Source: a virus
DNA: 64,000 nucleotides
Reading direction: 5' to 3' (one strand)
Virus record (IMG/VR): IMGVR_UViG_3300045017_000165
Span: 1 to 64,000 of that record
In this document: in pieces, positions 19,341-28,413 of the stretch
How positions within the stretch are numbered: the first letter of the stretch is position 1
Layout: every line of letters begins with the position of its first letter
Program-made: the position numbers and the translations under genes
Notes under the pieces: generated by a model
Databases searched by the model: none
What the model was told of the DNA's origin: nothing
The model's input: the letters and a program-made list of their open reading frames with translations, nothing else

Positions 19341-19946
19341 ATGGCTATTATTCAAAATAACGCGGCTGAACGAAATCTTCTTCTAACTCTCGCCGATGTA
19401 CCGGCTCTTGGCGTCGATCCTTCCACCGTGGTGTGTAGCTACAGAAAAGAAGGTCAATCAACGCTTACCGTCAAGCCTCTTGATTCGTCCAACTTCGTAG
19501 AACTCGGTGGTGGCTACTACTTCATTAAGTTTACTGCGACGGAGATGAACACGCTCGGCTACTTTTTCTACACTCTCACTAGCCCTGAGTTTGATAATTT
19601 TCTATACGATGAATTTACTATTGAGCCTGCACCTGGCGGGGAAGTAACGCCTACTCCTGGCATCTGTGTAATCCACGGCGTAGTGAATACTGCTTCAGCT
19701 ACAGCCGCTCGTGGTAAAAAGGTGACTGCTAGACCTGTCGCGATGCCAACCAAGTATGAAAGTAACATTATTTGCAGCGGCTCAGTCATTGCTTACGTCG
19801 ACACGTCGGGTAATTTTGAGTTGCCCTTGGTGCGCGGAGCAACGGTCATTATTGAGATAGAGGGCACTGGTATTCGTGTACAGATCGTAGTTCCCGATGC
19901 AGCTACGGCTGAATTTATAGACCTCGTTCCCGACTTCTGGGTCTGA
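19341..19946 (+). CDS. virion protein with C-terminal Ig/carboxypeptidase-regulatory-like domain
   Basis: C-terminal domain (C.IHG...D.SG.F.LPL...V..EI) is paralogous to that of 31779..32627. Confidence 0.5.
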   Translation: MAIIQNNAAERNLLLTLADVPALGVDPSTVVCSYRKEGQSTLTVKPLDSSNFVELGGGYYFIKFTATEMNTLGYFFYTLTSPEFDNFLYDEFTIEPAPGGEVTPTPGICVIHGVVNTASATAARGKKVTARPVAMPTKYESNIICSGSVIAYVDTSGNFELPLVRGATVIIEIEGTGIRVQIVVPDAATAEFIDLVPDFWV

Positions 19947-19972
19947 TAGCTAAACTTCTAGTGGCGCTCATT

Positions 19973-20128
19973 GGCGGACGAACGGAGTTGCAATCTCCGC
20001 TCGTCCGCCGTGACTGGGACAAAAAGCATTGTGTTAGTATTGTTCGACTACTTATGCACGAAAAACTATCTTTCATTCCCGATCCGTGCAACGGGAACTC
20101 AGAGGACCCCCCTAAGTAGGATACTAAC
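19973..20128 (-). ncRNA. candidate structured RNA (pseudoknot within a long helix, plus a 15-bp hairpin)
   Basis: Complementary pairs 20033-40/20121-28, 20048-54/20113-19, 20055-60/20085-90 and 20076-81/20092-97. Hairpin at 19973-20009. Confidence 0.4.
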
Positions 20129-20131
20129 TTA

Positions 20132-20665
20132 TCACGAAGCCTTGTTATCAAACGGGACTGAGTGAAGCTCACGCTTTCTCGTTTGAGGACGCGGGTTCGC
20201 AACTAACGTACTGTCAGCAAACGGATTACCAATAGAGTCATTAGTGTTCATAAGCGGATCGCTATTACGAGCCGCCATGCGTTCAGATACCTTGCTCCAT
20301 ACCGCTGCGCCAACAACTGCAGCACCAACGCCAACTAAAGCCTGAGCACCTTTCTCAAGCCACCAATGAAAACTGGTGGGGTTGAAGCACACGCGCTCTT
20401 CTACTTTTTTAGCTATGATATCTACTTGATTGTTGAACAGAAGCGTAATCTCTACAGATCTCACGATATCTTCTATTTTCTCCATAGGTAGTTCATCACC
20501 AAACTCGTAACCACCGAGCATTGCGCAAACCTCAGAGGTTACGTGATTGTGAAAATCATTCCAGTTTGTGAATCCGGGACTGCCGACTTTTTGAGCTACG
20601 ATACTATCTAGCTCTTTGTTCATCTCTGCTGCATTATTTGTGGTGTTCATTTTGTTGCCTTTCAA
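20132..20665 (-). CDS. hypothetical early protein with a TM segment
   Basis: 177 aa ORF directly downstream of the conserved promoter motif. The true start may be 20650. Confidence 0.6.
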   Translation of the reverse strand: MKGNKMNTTNNAAEMNKELDSIVAQKVGSPGFTNWNDFHNHVTSEVCAMLGGYEFGDELPMEKIEDIVRSVEITLLFNNQVDIIAKKVEERVCFNPTSFHWWLEKGAQALVGVGAAVVGAAVWSKVSERMAARNSDPLMNTNDSIGNPFADSTLVANPRPQTRKRELHSVPFDNKAS

Positions 20666-20688
20666 TAATGCTGTTTGTCCACGTTAAG

Positions 20689-20717
20689 CTTATATCCGAA
20701 ACCACTAAAGTTTTGCC
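20689..20717 (-). promoter_or_regulatory. conserved phage promoter GGCAAAA-N14-GATATAAG
   Basis: One of six copies with identical spacing, all on the - strand. Confidence 0.7.
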
Positions 20718-20790
20718 TCGCGTCATAAACATGCTTTTTGATGAAACCCGTGTAAAATGTTATTCTTAGTGAGAAAGTTCTGGAGAAAAA

Positions 20791-21891
20791 ATGAGACTAA
20801 TAAATCAAGTTATTGATTTTACAGACGACGTCAGTAAAGAGATTTTTAAGCAGGCTTCTGCCATACCAGAGCACTGCGCTGATGGGGCTATACTCACTGC
20901 TGAAGAGCGCGCAAAACTAGCGGAAGAAGACTTTGCGCTGGTTATGCTCACGAAAGAAGCCTCCAGATTGAGAAAGTTCCCCATCACAGACGAAGCAAAT
21001 ACTTGGCTATCGTGCCACTACTTTAGCAAGACTGCAGCTAGACTCCCTCACACGGCTCAAAAGATAGCTGCTGCTAATTTAAAGAGAGCCTGTGCCATAT
21101 TTAACATCACTCCCCCAAACAACGTGTGCGAGCTCGCCGACGAAACTGTTAGCAGTAACTTCTATGATGAAGCTACCCACGCAAACGCAGATCGATCGTT
21201 TGAGCAGACAGTGAAGATTGCTAGAGAGTTGCCGCGCTCAGAAAGCTCACCGCACTACTACGCGTTGTCGGGTAAATATGCGATGCCGTCGGCTGAGTAT
21301 GTGAAGATCGCAAGCCAGTACTTTGATAAGCATGAGAAAGAGTTTGGTAATGCGGAAGATAGGCACTCATTTGCTAATAATGTGCTGAATCGCGCTAAAG
21401 AATTGAACGTAGATCTTGGTGAATCCGCAACCATCAATAAATATGCCTCTGACCAGTACAGTGATAATATTTCTCGTCAGATTAAACTTAGGGAATCACT
21501 GGTGGATGGAAAAGATGACTTATCCAAGTCGCTCAGTAAACTAGCCTCATTTAAATCGACCACAGAGCCGTCAGTATTTGCAAAAGCTCTTTATGAATTC
21601 GATAAAAAAGCCGGTCTGGAGCGCTATTACGGAAAATCTGTGGATGATGCGTTTAAAGCAACTCTAGAAAAAACCGCTGCCTCGGCGTATCAATGGAAGG
21701 ACGCGCAAACAAACGAATCCATCACTGGAGACTTATTGAAAAAAGCTGCTAGTTCAAAGTTTGATAAAATCTCTCAGTATTTCGGCAAAACCGTGGCGGA
21801 AAACTTGAAAAAGCACCCAGTTGAAATATTTGATTCGCTGCCAAACGATGCCAAGGTGGTTATCGTTCGTCTAGCGAAAGGGACAATGTAA
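20791..21891 (+). CDS. probable head internal/scaffold-type protein with many K-x-A motifs
   Basis: KQAS, KEAS, KTAA, KIAA, KIAR, KIAS, KYAS, KLAS, EKTAAS. Confidence 0.45.
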   Translation: MRLINQVIDFTDDVSKEIFKQASAIPEHCADGAILTAEERAKLAEEDFALVMLTKEASRLRKFPITDEANTWLSCHYFSKTAARLPHTAQKIAAANLKRACAIFNITPPNNVCELADETVSSNFYDEATHANADRSFEQTVKIARELPRSESSPHYYALSGKYAMPSAEYVKIASQYFDKHEKEFGNAEDRHSFANNVLNRAKELNVDLGESATINKYASDQYSDNISRQIKLRESLVDGKDDLSKSLSKLASFKSTTEPSVFAKALYEFDKKAGLERYYGKSVDDAFKATLEKTAASAYQWKDAQTNESITGDLLKKAASSKFDKISQYFGKTVAENLKKHPVEIFDSLPNDAKVVIVRLAKGTM

Positions 21892-22734
21892 GTGAGTAAT
21901 ACTCAAGATCAACAGAAAAAAAGCCGCACCGAGGAACTAGGTAGGCGCACACTACGCTTGGTAAAGGGTGTGGAGCAGGTCGGCTCAAATCTGAAGGGCG
22001 GGCAACCTGTCAAGGCACTGCACCAAGCGATCATCACTGGGATAAAACTAGCAGACGAAAACGTTTTTTATAATGAGTTATCTTCAGCGCTTCAAGTTGC
22101 TGCAGCCTTGAAGGCGCTGAGCACGGATGCACTGAGCTGGACGCCGGAGGTTCTGTGCGCTGAGATCGATAAGAAGTTTAGAGGGTGGTCGAGTGAAAGG
22201 GTTGCCTCTGCCATCGCCCACTTTCATAAAACTGGTACTCTTTTAACAGACGTTCCTCAGCTAGTTCGTGAGAAGATTTACGCAATTCGTATAGTGGCGA
22301 CATCCAACTCTGCCCAGACAGAGTGGCACATCTTTGAAAAAGTCGGTGGCGCGTTCAACGATCGCGTCGCTAAATTCGGAGAGATCGAGCCGCTATCAGC
22401 TGCGGAAGCTGCTAAAACCGTAGCTATAATAGAAGACATTCGACCTGACGTTTATGACAACGAAGTGAAAATATACATAGCGGGGTGTTGCCATCAGGAC
22501 GGGCTTTACACCATAGAAGCCATTAAATGGTTGCGTATGTCAGAACCATACCTCCGACAGATGAACAGAGACTCAACCGGAGATCCTTTTGATCCATCAA
22601 TCGGAGCTGCCATCGGTAAAAAATTAAACGAACTGAGGAGTTTAGAAACCATACCGGATTTCGACGAGTCTGACGTTGTGTCAGTACAAGCAGGGAAGCT
22701 ACTCGCCATTGAACTTATAGCCAGCAAGGTCTAG
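21892..22734 (+). CDS. hypothetical protein
   Basis: 280 aa ORF with a GTG start abutting the upstream stop. Confidence 0.6.
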   Translation: MSNTQDQQKKSRTEELGRRTLRLVKGVEQVGSNLKGGQPVKALHQAIITGIKLADENVFYNELSSALQVAAALKALSTDALSWTPEVLCAEIDKKFRGWSSERVASAIAHFHKTGTLLTDVPQLVREKIYAIRIVATSNSAQTEWHIFEKVGGAFNDRVAKFGEIEPLSAAEAAKTVAIIEDIRPDVYDNEVKIYIAGCCHQDGLYTIEAIKWLRMSEPYLRQMNRDSTGDPFDPSIGAAIGKKLNELRSLETIPDFDESDVVSVQAGKLLAIELIASKV

Positions 22735-22741
22735 GGGTTGT

Positions 22742-23047
22742 ATGGGCATAGCTCGCAATAAAAGAGCTAACATTTTAATGGCGGTGGCGTTTAGCGCGAG
22801 CGACTGGCTAAATAACTCTATCGTCATTATCCGCTCAGGACTCCCTACAGTGCCGGGTGAAATCGGTCCTCACGAACTACCGTTAAATCGTTTTTACGAA
22901 ACTTCAATTTATAAATACCTGCCTAGTAGTAGGACTAAAGAAGTGGGTCTAACTATAGTGCACGATAGGGCGACCGGTAATATAACCTTCTCGAAAGCTG
23001 CAGCAGTAGCCGCTTTTTCTGGGGTGGCATTTATAAAAACCTACTAG
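22742..23047 (+). CDS. small virion protein, paralog of the C-terminal domain of 23270..24004
   Basis: VAFSASDW...GEIGPH...GNITF versus VSFAASDW...GEVGPH...GDITL. Confidence 0.55.
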   Translation: MGIARNKRANILMAVAFSASDWLNNSIVIIRSGLPTVPGEIGPHELPLNRFYETSIYKYLPSSRTKEVGLTIVHDRATGNITFSKAAAVAAFSGVAFIKTY

Positions 23048-23269
23048 TCATGAACGATAAAATAAGAAATAATCACACCCAGGAACTTTCTGAAAAAGTA
23101 GATTTACTTATCAATGCGCTACTACTTCTAACAAATATGCTAAGATGTAATAGGACAGTTGATGGAGTATCTTTTATTAACGCGATACCAGAATCAGTTT
23201 TGGATCGCGTAGAACATTTAGTGACGTACGATAAGCGTAGACCAAAATCATAGGAGGGTATGACGCAAT

Positions 23270-24004
23270 ATGGCACAAATTAATTATGCTCACGTTTATG
23301 CTGGGGCAGGTTTCAGCGGCGAGCAGTTCAATATTGCGGCTGGTCCAGCCGACACCAGTATTATTGACGTTCTGCTGAGCGTTGGCGACGGCGCACTGAC
23401 GGAAGACGCTCCGCACGTTCTCGTTTCAACAGGCGCTCTTGGTGGAGCGCGCGCTCTCGATATTTCAGCAATGGAAGTCGAATCCGCTGCCAAAGGTGGA
23501 CAAGCTCTGAACGGTCGTATTTTCTATCTGTCGGTTCAGAACTCAGACATTTCTGGAACTAACACGTTGACCATCAGTGGCACTACTTCGATCAACGGTT
23601 CTGCCACACTAGTCATCTCCAATACTGGTGACTACCTCTTCCATCACGTCAGTGGTGGCGTGTGGCGTGTAAACGTTCTCCCGACTCCGGCTGAAAAGCT
23701 AGCCACCATGGCTCGCGTTTCATTCGCGGCGTCTGATTGGGATGCTGGCGCAAGCAAGAACACGATCAAAGTGCTTCAGACTGGCACTCCTGCCGCGGGC
23801 GAGGTTGGTCCACATCTTGTTACTCCATACGGTTCATATGTAGTTCAGGTCATTAACACTGACCTCACTCCGGAGTGGCAACATCGTTTAGTATTGGTCG
23901 ACGTCGAGATTCAATTTGCGCCGAACGGCGACATTACTCTGCGCAAGTCTCCGAAAGCGGCTGACTTTGCTGGCGTAGTGCTTATCGTCGGCACACTAGA
24001 CTAA
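23270..24004 (+). CDS. abundant virion (decoration-type) protein
   Basis: Strong RBS (GGAGGG) and beta-rich sequence. Function from context only. Confidence 0.45.
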   Translation: MAQINYAHVYAGAGFSGEQFNIAAGPADTSIIDVLLSVGDGALTEDAPHVLVSTGALGGARALDISAMEVESAAKGGQALNGRIFYLSVQNSDISGTNTLTISGTTSINGSATLVISNTGDYLFHHVSGGVWRVNVLPTPAEKLATMARVSFAASDWDAGASKNTIKVLQTGTPAAGEVGPHLVTPYGSYVVQVINTDLTPEWQHRLVLVDVEIQFAPNGDITLRKSPKAADFAGVVLIVGTLD

Positions 24005-24017
24005 TTAAGGGGGTATC

Positions 24018-24200
24018 ATGGATATCTCTTCAAAAATTAAAGCGCTGCGCGAGGAAGCTGAAAAGCTCTCTGCCGAGGAAAAACTAATTAAAGCTCGCAT
24101 CGCCGAGCTTAAAACCGTCCTAGCAGAAAAGAAAAAGCAAGAAGAGCAACTAGCTGCTTTGAAGAAAGAAGAAGCCGAATTGCTAAAGCTTCTAGCGTAA
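24018..24200 (+). CDS. small coiled-coil protein
   Basis: MDISSKIKALREE heptads. Similar N-terminus to 24260..24457. Confidence 0.55.
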   Translation: MDISSKIKALREEAEKLSAEEKLIKARIAELKTVLAEKKKQEEQLAALKKEEAELLKLLA

Positions 24201-24223
24201 GCGGTTTTTATACAAAATAAGGC

Positions 24224-24254
24224 GGGCGGGGAGTTTAAACTCTCCGCCCTTTTT
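24224..24254 (+). terminator. intrinsic terminator
   Basis: GGGCGGGGAGT/ACTCTCCGCCC stem followed by a T run. Confidence 0.7.
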
Positions 24255-24259
24255 AATTT

Positions 24260-24457
24260 ATGGACATAACTGACAAAATCAGACAGCTTCGCGACGACGT
24301 AGTAGAAATAGATCGTCTAACGGCTGTGACCGAAAAAAGACTGCAGGCGTTGAAGACTTTAATCTCTGAACGAAATTTAGTCCTAGATCGTTTGGAGAAC
24401 TCTCTTAAAGAAGAGCAACAACTACTAAGCTTGCTAGGCAACGACTCAACGTATTAA
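24260..24457 (+). CDS. small coiled-coil protein
   Basis: MDITDKIRQLRDD. Probable paralog of 24018..24200. Confidence 0.5.
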   Translation: MDITDKIRQLRDDVVEIDRLTAVTEKRLQALKTLISERNLVLDRLENSLKEEQQLLSLLGNDSTY

Positions 24458-24466
24458 TATGTAGGC

Positions 24467-26221
24467 ATGGCGGGCTACTTTAATCAAACGATCAGAAGCT
24501 ATGGTGGTCTGTCTTTAGAATACGAAGACATATCAGAGTCAGATTTTGCTGCCGCTAATGGAGCAGCCTACACCCCTCCAGAGCGTGGTACAGAAAGCAG
24601 AGGCATTCGTCGCATCAACGTTGCCAGGGCTATTCAAATTTTAGCTGAGTGTCCTGGAGTTATTGAAACGTTCCAGTCAGCAGATGCCGAACTCAGGCTT
24701 CCAGCAAACACCGTGCTCGAAGCAACAAACGATGCTGGTAATGGTCGACTATTCTTCGTAAAAAACTCGGGCACCGCAAATGCCAGACTACTGATAAAAG
24801 ACTACTTGGGAAATCTGTTATTCACCCTCTACATGAACACCACTGTAATCGTAGTGGGGAACATGAATAACACGTGGGATTTTTACATGGGGTCTTCTGG
24901 TACCTTCCCTTCCGTAACAGGGGAACCAACCGGGTTTGTAAACACAATGTATGATTCGGTTGTTAGCTTCAATGAGACTTCGCTTCAATTCTCAATATCC
25001 CCAGTTAGCGGCTCTTTTAAATATTTAATACAGGGAGTGGAATACGTAAAAACCGGCACTGACACGGTCAACATAACTAACAACGATGGGGTTTGGTATT
25101 TCTACTACGTCGGTACGGTTTTGACAGCCAGTCAGACCCCGTGGACCATAGGCGACACTACCAAGGCTTTTATTCAAGCTATCTACTGGAATACGCAGGA
25201 TCAAAAAGCCACCGTCATAAACGAGGAGCGCCACGGTTTAGTGATGGACTGGGCTACTCATCGCTATAACCACTTCGTGCAGGGATTAATACCCGAAGAA
25301 TTTAAGTTTGACGCTTCTAACTACATACTACGCGGAGATGGATCGCTAAACACGCACGCTCAAATAGGAGTTACTAACATTGGGAGAGTTTTTGACGAAG
25401 ACTTAGATATCCTTCCCGTCAACTCCACGACTCCCACACAACCGTACGAGCAAATCCTCAGTCCTTACTTAAATGCCCCAGTTCTCTACCGATCTGGAGC
25501 CTCGGGCTTCTGGCGTAAACTTGCTGCAACTGCCTATCCTTTAGCTTGGCAAGCCGGTAATCTGGCGCGGTACAACCAGTGGACAGGAGCTACTTGGCAA
25601 CTAACCACTTGCACTGACAACTACTTCGTAAATTCTTATGTTTGCATTGTTGAAGATCCTCGCCACCCGCTTATTGTATTTTTGGGGCAGAATCAATTTC
25701 CAACCGTTGTCGATGCTGCAAACGAGCTATTCAAAAACCTCGTCACTGCCTTTCCGATGACGGAAGTTTACCCACTTTTTAAGCTAATTTACAAAACTAG
25801 TACAACTTATACAAACCAACCAAAATCAGTTTTATACGCAATCCTGCCAGTTGGCGAAACTGTAGTAGATAACGATCGCTACACGTACGAGTGTGGATAT
25901 AATGGTAACGCTGGTGTGGGTAAGTACATGGATCGTAGTACTGGCACATCTACTTCTGAAGACCCTTTTACTCTCCCTGAAGCATCCTTTATCAGATATA
26001 TAACAGTTCAAACTTCTGCCGACTCCACTGGAACAATAGCATTATATAAGATGACAGACTTAGTGAATCCCCTACTAAGTATGAGTATTACCGCCATTAG
26101 ATACGCGAAGTTTTCGTTCTCTCAATACTTCGCCGCCGATGAGCAGTTCGCCTTAAAGGTTACTTCCGGATCATTCGCAAAGCCTCTAGTCACCATCTGG
26201 ATACAAACTCAATTGGGATAA
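24467..26221 (+). CDS. virion fibre-like protein (8686/11163 family central domain)
   Basis: YFYY.G.VLT.S.TPW, ERH, YNQWTG.TW and FVN.YV motifs shared with 8686..11151. Confidence 0.55.
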   Translation: MAGYFNQTIRSYGGLSLEYEDISESDFAAANGAAYTPPERGTESRGIRRINVARAIQILAECPGVIETFQSADAELRLPANTVLEATNDAGNGRLFFVKNSGTANARLLIKDYLGNLLFTLYMNTTVIVVGNMNNTWDFYMGSSGTFPSVTGEPTGFVNTMYDSVVSFNETSLQFSISPVSGSFKYLIQGVEYVKTGTDTVNITNNDGVWYFYYVGTVLTASQTPWTIGDTTKAFIQAIYWNTQDQKATVINEERHGLVMDWATHRYNHFVQGLIPEEFKFDASNYILRGDGSLNTHAQIGVTNIGRVFDEDLDILPVNSTTPTQPYEQILSPYLNAPVLYRSGASGFWRKLAATAYPLAWQAGNLARYNQWTGATWQLTTCTDNYFVNSYVCIVEDPRHPLIVFLGQNQFPTVVDAANELFKNLVTAFPMTEVYPLFKLIYKTSTTYTNQPKSVLYAILPVGETVVDNDRYTYECGYNGNAGVGKYMDRSTGTSTSEDPFTLPEASFIRYITVQTSADSTGTIALYKMTDLVNPLLSMSITAIRYAKFSFSQYFAADEQFALKVTSGSFAKPLVTIWIQTQLG

Positions 26222-26228
26222 TAAGCCT

Positions 26229-27536
26229 ATGGACAGAATAGTTATAATAAAGAACAACCGAACTTCTGCTGCTGTAGTCTACGAGGGTCAGGAAATAGCT
26301 GCAGAGTCTTCTTACACTATTCAGACAGATGGCGAACTTCTCCGCTTCGCGGGTTGTACCTCGTTAATTCACGACTTGACCGAAGACTCACCACAAACGG
26401 TAATCAACGACGGGTCGAGTGATTTATCCGCAGTTCAGGGAGTGAATTGGCTAACGGGTAACACCGATAAACGTAACAAGGAAGGTGTTCAACTCGTAGA
26501 TATGGTGCTCAGACGGGGACAGCCCGGAGACGATGGATTTACGATAGTTTCTCATGACCTCACTGATCGCACCACTTGGTATCAGGCTTCGGTCCGCGTT
26601 TCTGACTGCTCACTAGTAGATTCTGGAGATCACCTCACTTTTCAGGCAGAGGAGGGAAAGCGCCATTGGGTCAATATTTACTCGAGAAAATTGACTATAG
26701 ATCACAACAAGATCTTACTAAAAGACGGAACACTAGCGAAAGAAGAGGACTTTGCAGTTGTAGTAAAAGTTGATGGAGTCGTAACCACGGAAGGATTTAC
26801 TATCGACTTTACTACAGGGTCAATCACGTTTAGTTCGTCGCAAGAAAACAAAACAATCACCGCAACCTTTAATCACAATGACGTTGACGATGCCTCTAAC
26901 TTCATCGTTAGACCGGTGTCTAACTGCAAATATTTGGTAGAGCACGTAGAAATTCAGTTCTCCAAAAACATGTCGTTTAACGATTCCCATATTCAATTTG
27001 AGGTTTGGGCGGGGGATCCCTCCTACTCTTACTATGGTTCCTACTCAGATGAGATGTTCCACTATGCGTGGGGACAACATGAAAACGTATTATTTAGGGC
27101 GGTCTCTGAAGGCTTGGCGTGGACTATTGCGGCTGGTACGCAAGGAGTCTACGTCCCATTTGACGGTAGTAGTACGATCAGTGCCATTGTCTCTGCTTGG
27201 AACACCTCTAATCCGGACCTAGCTATTACCTGCCTTGGAGATGACTCTCAAGTTCTTGCCGCAGGAGGACTATTTCTTATCGGCGGGTTTGGTCAAATGC
27301 GCACCAGGTACCGCGGAATGCGAGACCTTATCAACTGGTGTAATAATCAATACCCAGTCATCCCGGCGTGTGGTGAACTTCAATATGACATAATGTGCTT
27401 CCCTTTTAGGTACCTCGTTCCTGCCGAATTAAATCCTGCGCAAGGAGCCTTGGTTCGATTATTTAATAAAGACGATGTTGAGCTGACTGGTGAGATCGCA
27501 ACGATTACGTTTTATATGTTAAAGGTGGATCCTTAA
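26229..27536 (+). CDS. virion protein
   Basis: 435 aa with an internal VKVDGV...FTIDFTTGSITF segment seen in tail/baseplate proteins. Confidence 0.45.
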   Translation: MDRIVIIKNNRTSAAVVYEGQEIAAESSYTIQTDGELLRFAGCTSLIHDLTEDSPQTVINDGSSDLSAVQGVNWLTGNTDKRNKEGVQLVDMVLRRGQPGDDGFTIVSHDLTDRTTWYQASVRVSDCSLVDSGDHLTFQAEEGKRHWVNIYSRKLTIDHNKILLKDGTLAKEEDFAVVVKVDGVVTTEGFTIDFTTGSITFSSSQENKTITATFNHNDVDDASNFIVRPVSNCKYLVEHVEIQFSKNMSFNDSHIQFEVWAGDPSYSYYGSYSDEMFHYAWGQHENVLFRAVSEGLAWTIAAGTQGVYVPFDGSSTISAIVSAWNTSNPDLAITCLGDDSQVLAAGGLFLIGGFGQMRTRYRGMRDLINWCNNQYPVIPACGELQYDIMCFPFRYLVPAELNPAQGALVRLFNKDDVELTGEIATITFYMLKVDP

Positions 27537-27537
27537 G

Positions 27538-28359
27538 ATGAGAGCTTTCGTTTTATCTGGTGGTGGAGCTAAGGGGTCATTTCAAGCAGGAGTGCTGCTG
27601 CAGCTTTTTGAACAGGGAATTGTTCCAGACGCTTTCTTCGGCACTTCCGTCGGTGCCATCAACGCGCTCGGCTACGCCTACGGTGGGGCGGAAAAGCTGG
27701 TGAACTGGTGGCTTAGCGTTAAGGGGCGGGGGGACATACTATATCCGCACGGTATTCAGTGGCTTTGGAATTTCCATCGAATACTAGGGATTACAAACAG
27801 CGGTATATTTTCTACCGCACCACTTAGAAAAATCCTCCGCAACGCAGCAAGTGGAATAGAAACACCAATAGAGGCGGTAAGCTGCTTTGTGGACGTCAAG
27901 TCAGGCAAAACCAGCTACTGCTCTAACAAAACCAGCTCAACTGAGGACTTCGTGGACGCGGTGGTCTCCTCAGCCACTATACCCCTCATAATGGACGCCA
28001 ACCACTACACGGTTGACGGTGGTGTTAGAGAACAAACACCCCTCCAAGAAGCGCTAGACCGCGGCGCTACTGACGTTTATGTCGTGCTCTGCAACCCACT
28101 GCACGAAGATCCCGACCCGTGGAAACCTAAAGCTAAAGTATTCAAGTGGTTTGAAGTTCTCGAGCGCTGCGTGGACGACATCATGTGCCACGAGCTTTTC
28201 ATCAATGATCTGAAGGCACTTCTGAAGAATAAACCGCCGGGCGTCACCTTCCATGTTTACGCTCCCGACAGGCTTTGGATGCGCACAGTAGAGTTTGATC
28301 CGGCGAAAATACGAGACGCGATAGCCGCGGGTAAAGTCGCTAAACCTATTCAAATCTAG
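27538..28359 (+). CDS. patatin-like phospholipase
   Basis: LSGGGAKG glycine loop, GTSVG nucleophile, SATIP, and DGG catalytic Asp. Confidence 0.9.
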   Translation: MRAFVLSGGGAKGSFQAGVLLQLFEQGIVPDAFFGTSVGAINALGYAYGGAEKLVNWWLSVKGRGDILYPHGIQWLWNFHRILGITNSGIFSTAPLRKILRNAASGIETPIEAVSCFVDVKSGKTSYCSNKTSSTEDFVDAVVSSATIPLIMDANHYTVDGGVREQTPLQEALDRGATDVYVVLCNPLHEDPDPWKPKAKVFKWFEVLERCVDDIMCHELFINDLKALLKNKPPGVTFHVYAPDRLWMRTVEFDPAKIRDAIAAGKVAKPIQI

Positions 28360-28413
28360 GCAGTTACAGCTTGCCTATCGCAAGGTAGGTAGGCATGAGG
28401 TAAACTAGGGTTA

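Noticed and set aside
19973-20009. tRNA/tmRNA-like end (hairpin ending ...CGCCA on the - strand)
   Set aside because: No D arm, anticodon arm or TTCRA T-loop. Kept only as an unassigned structured RNA candidate.
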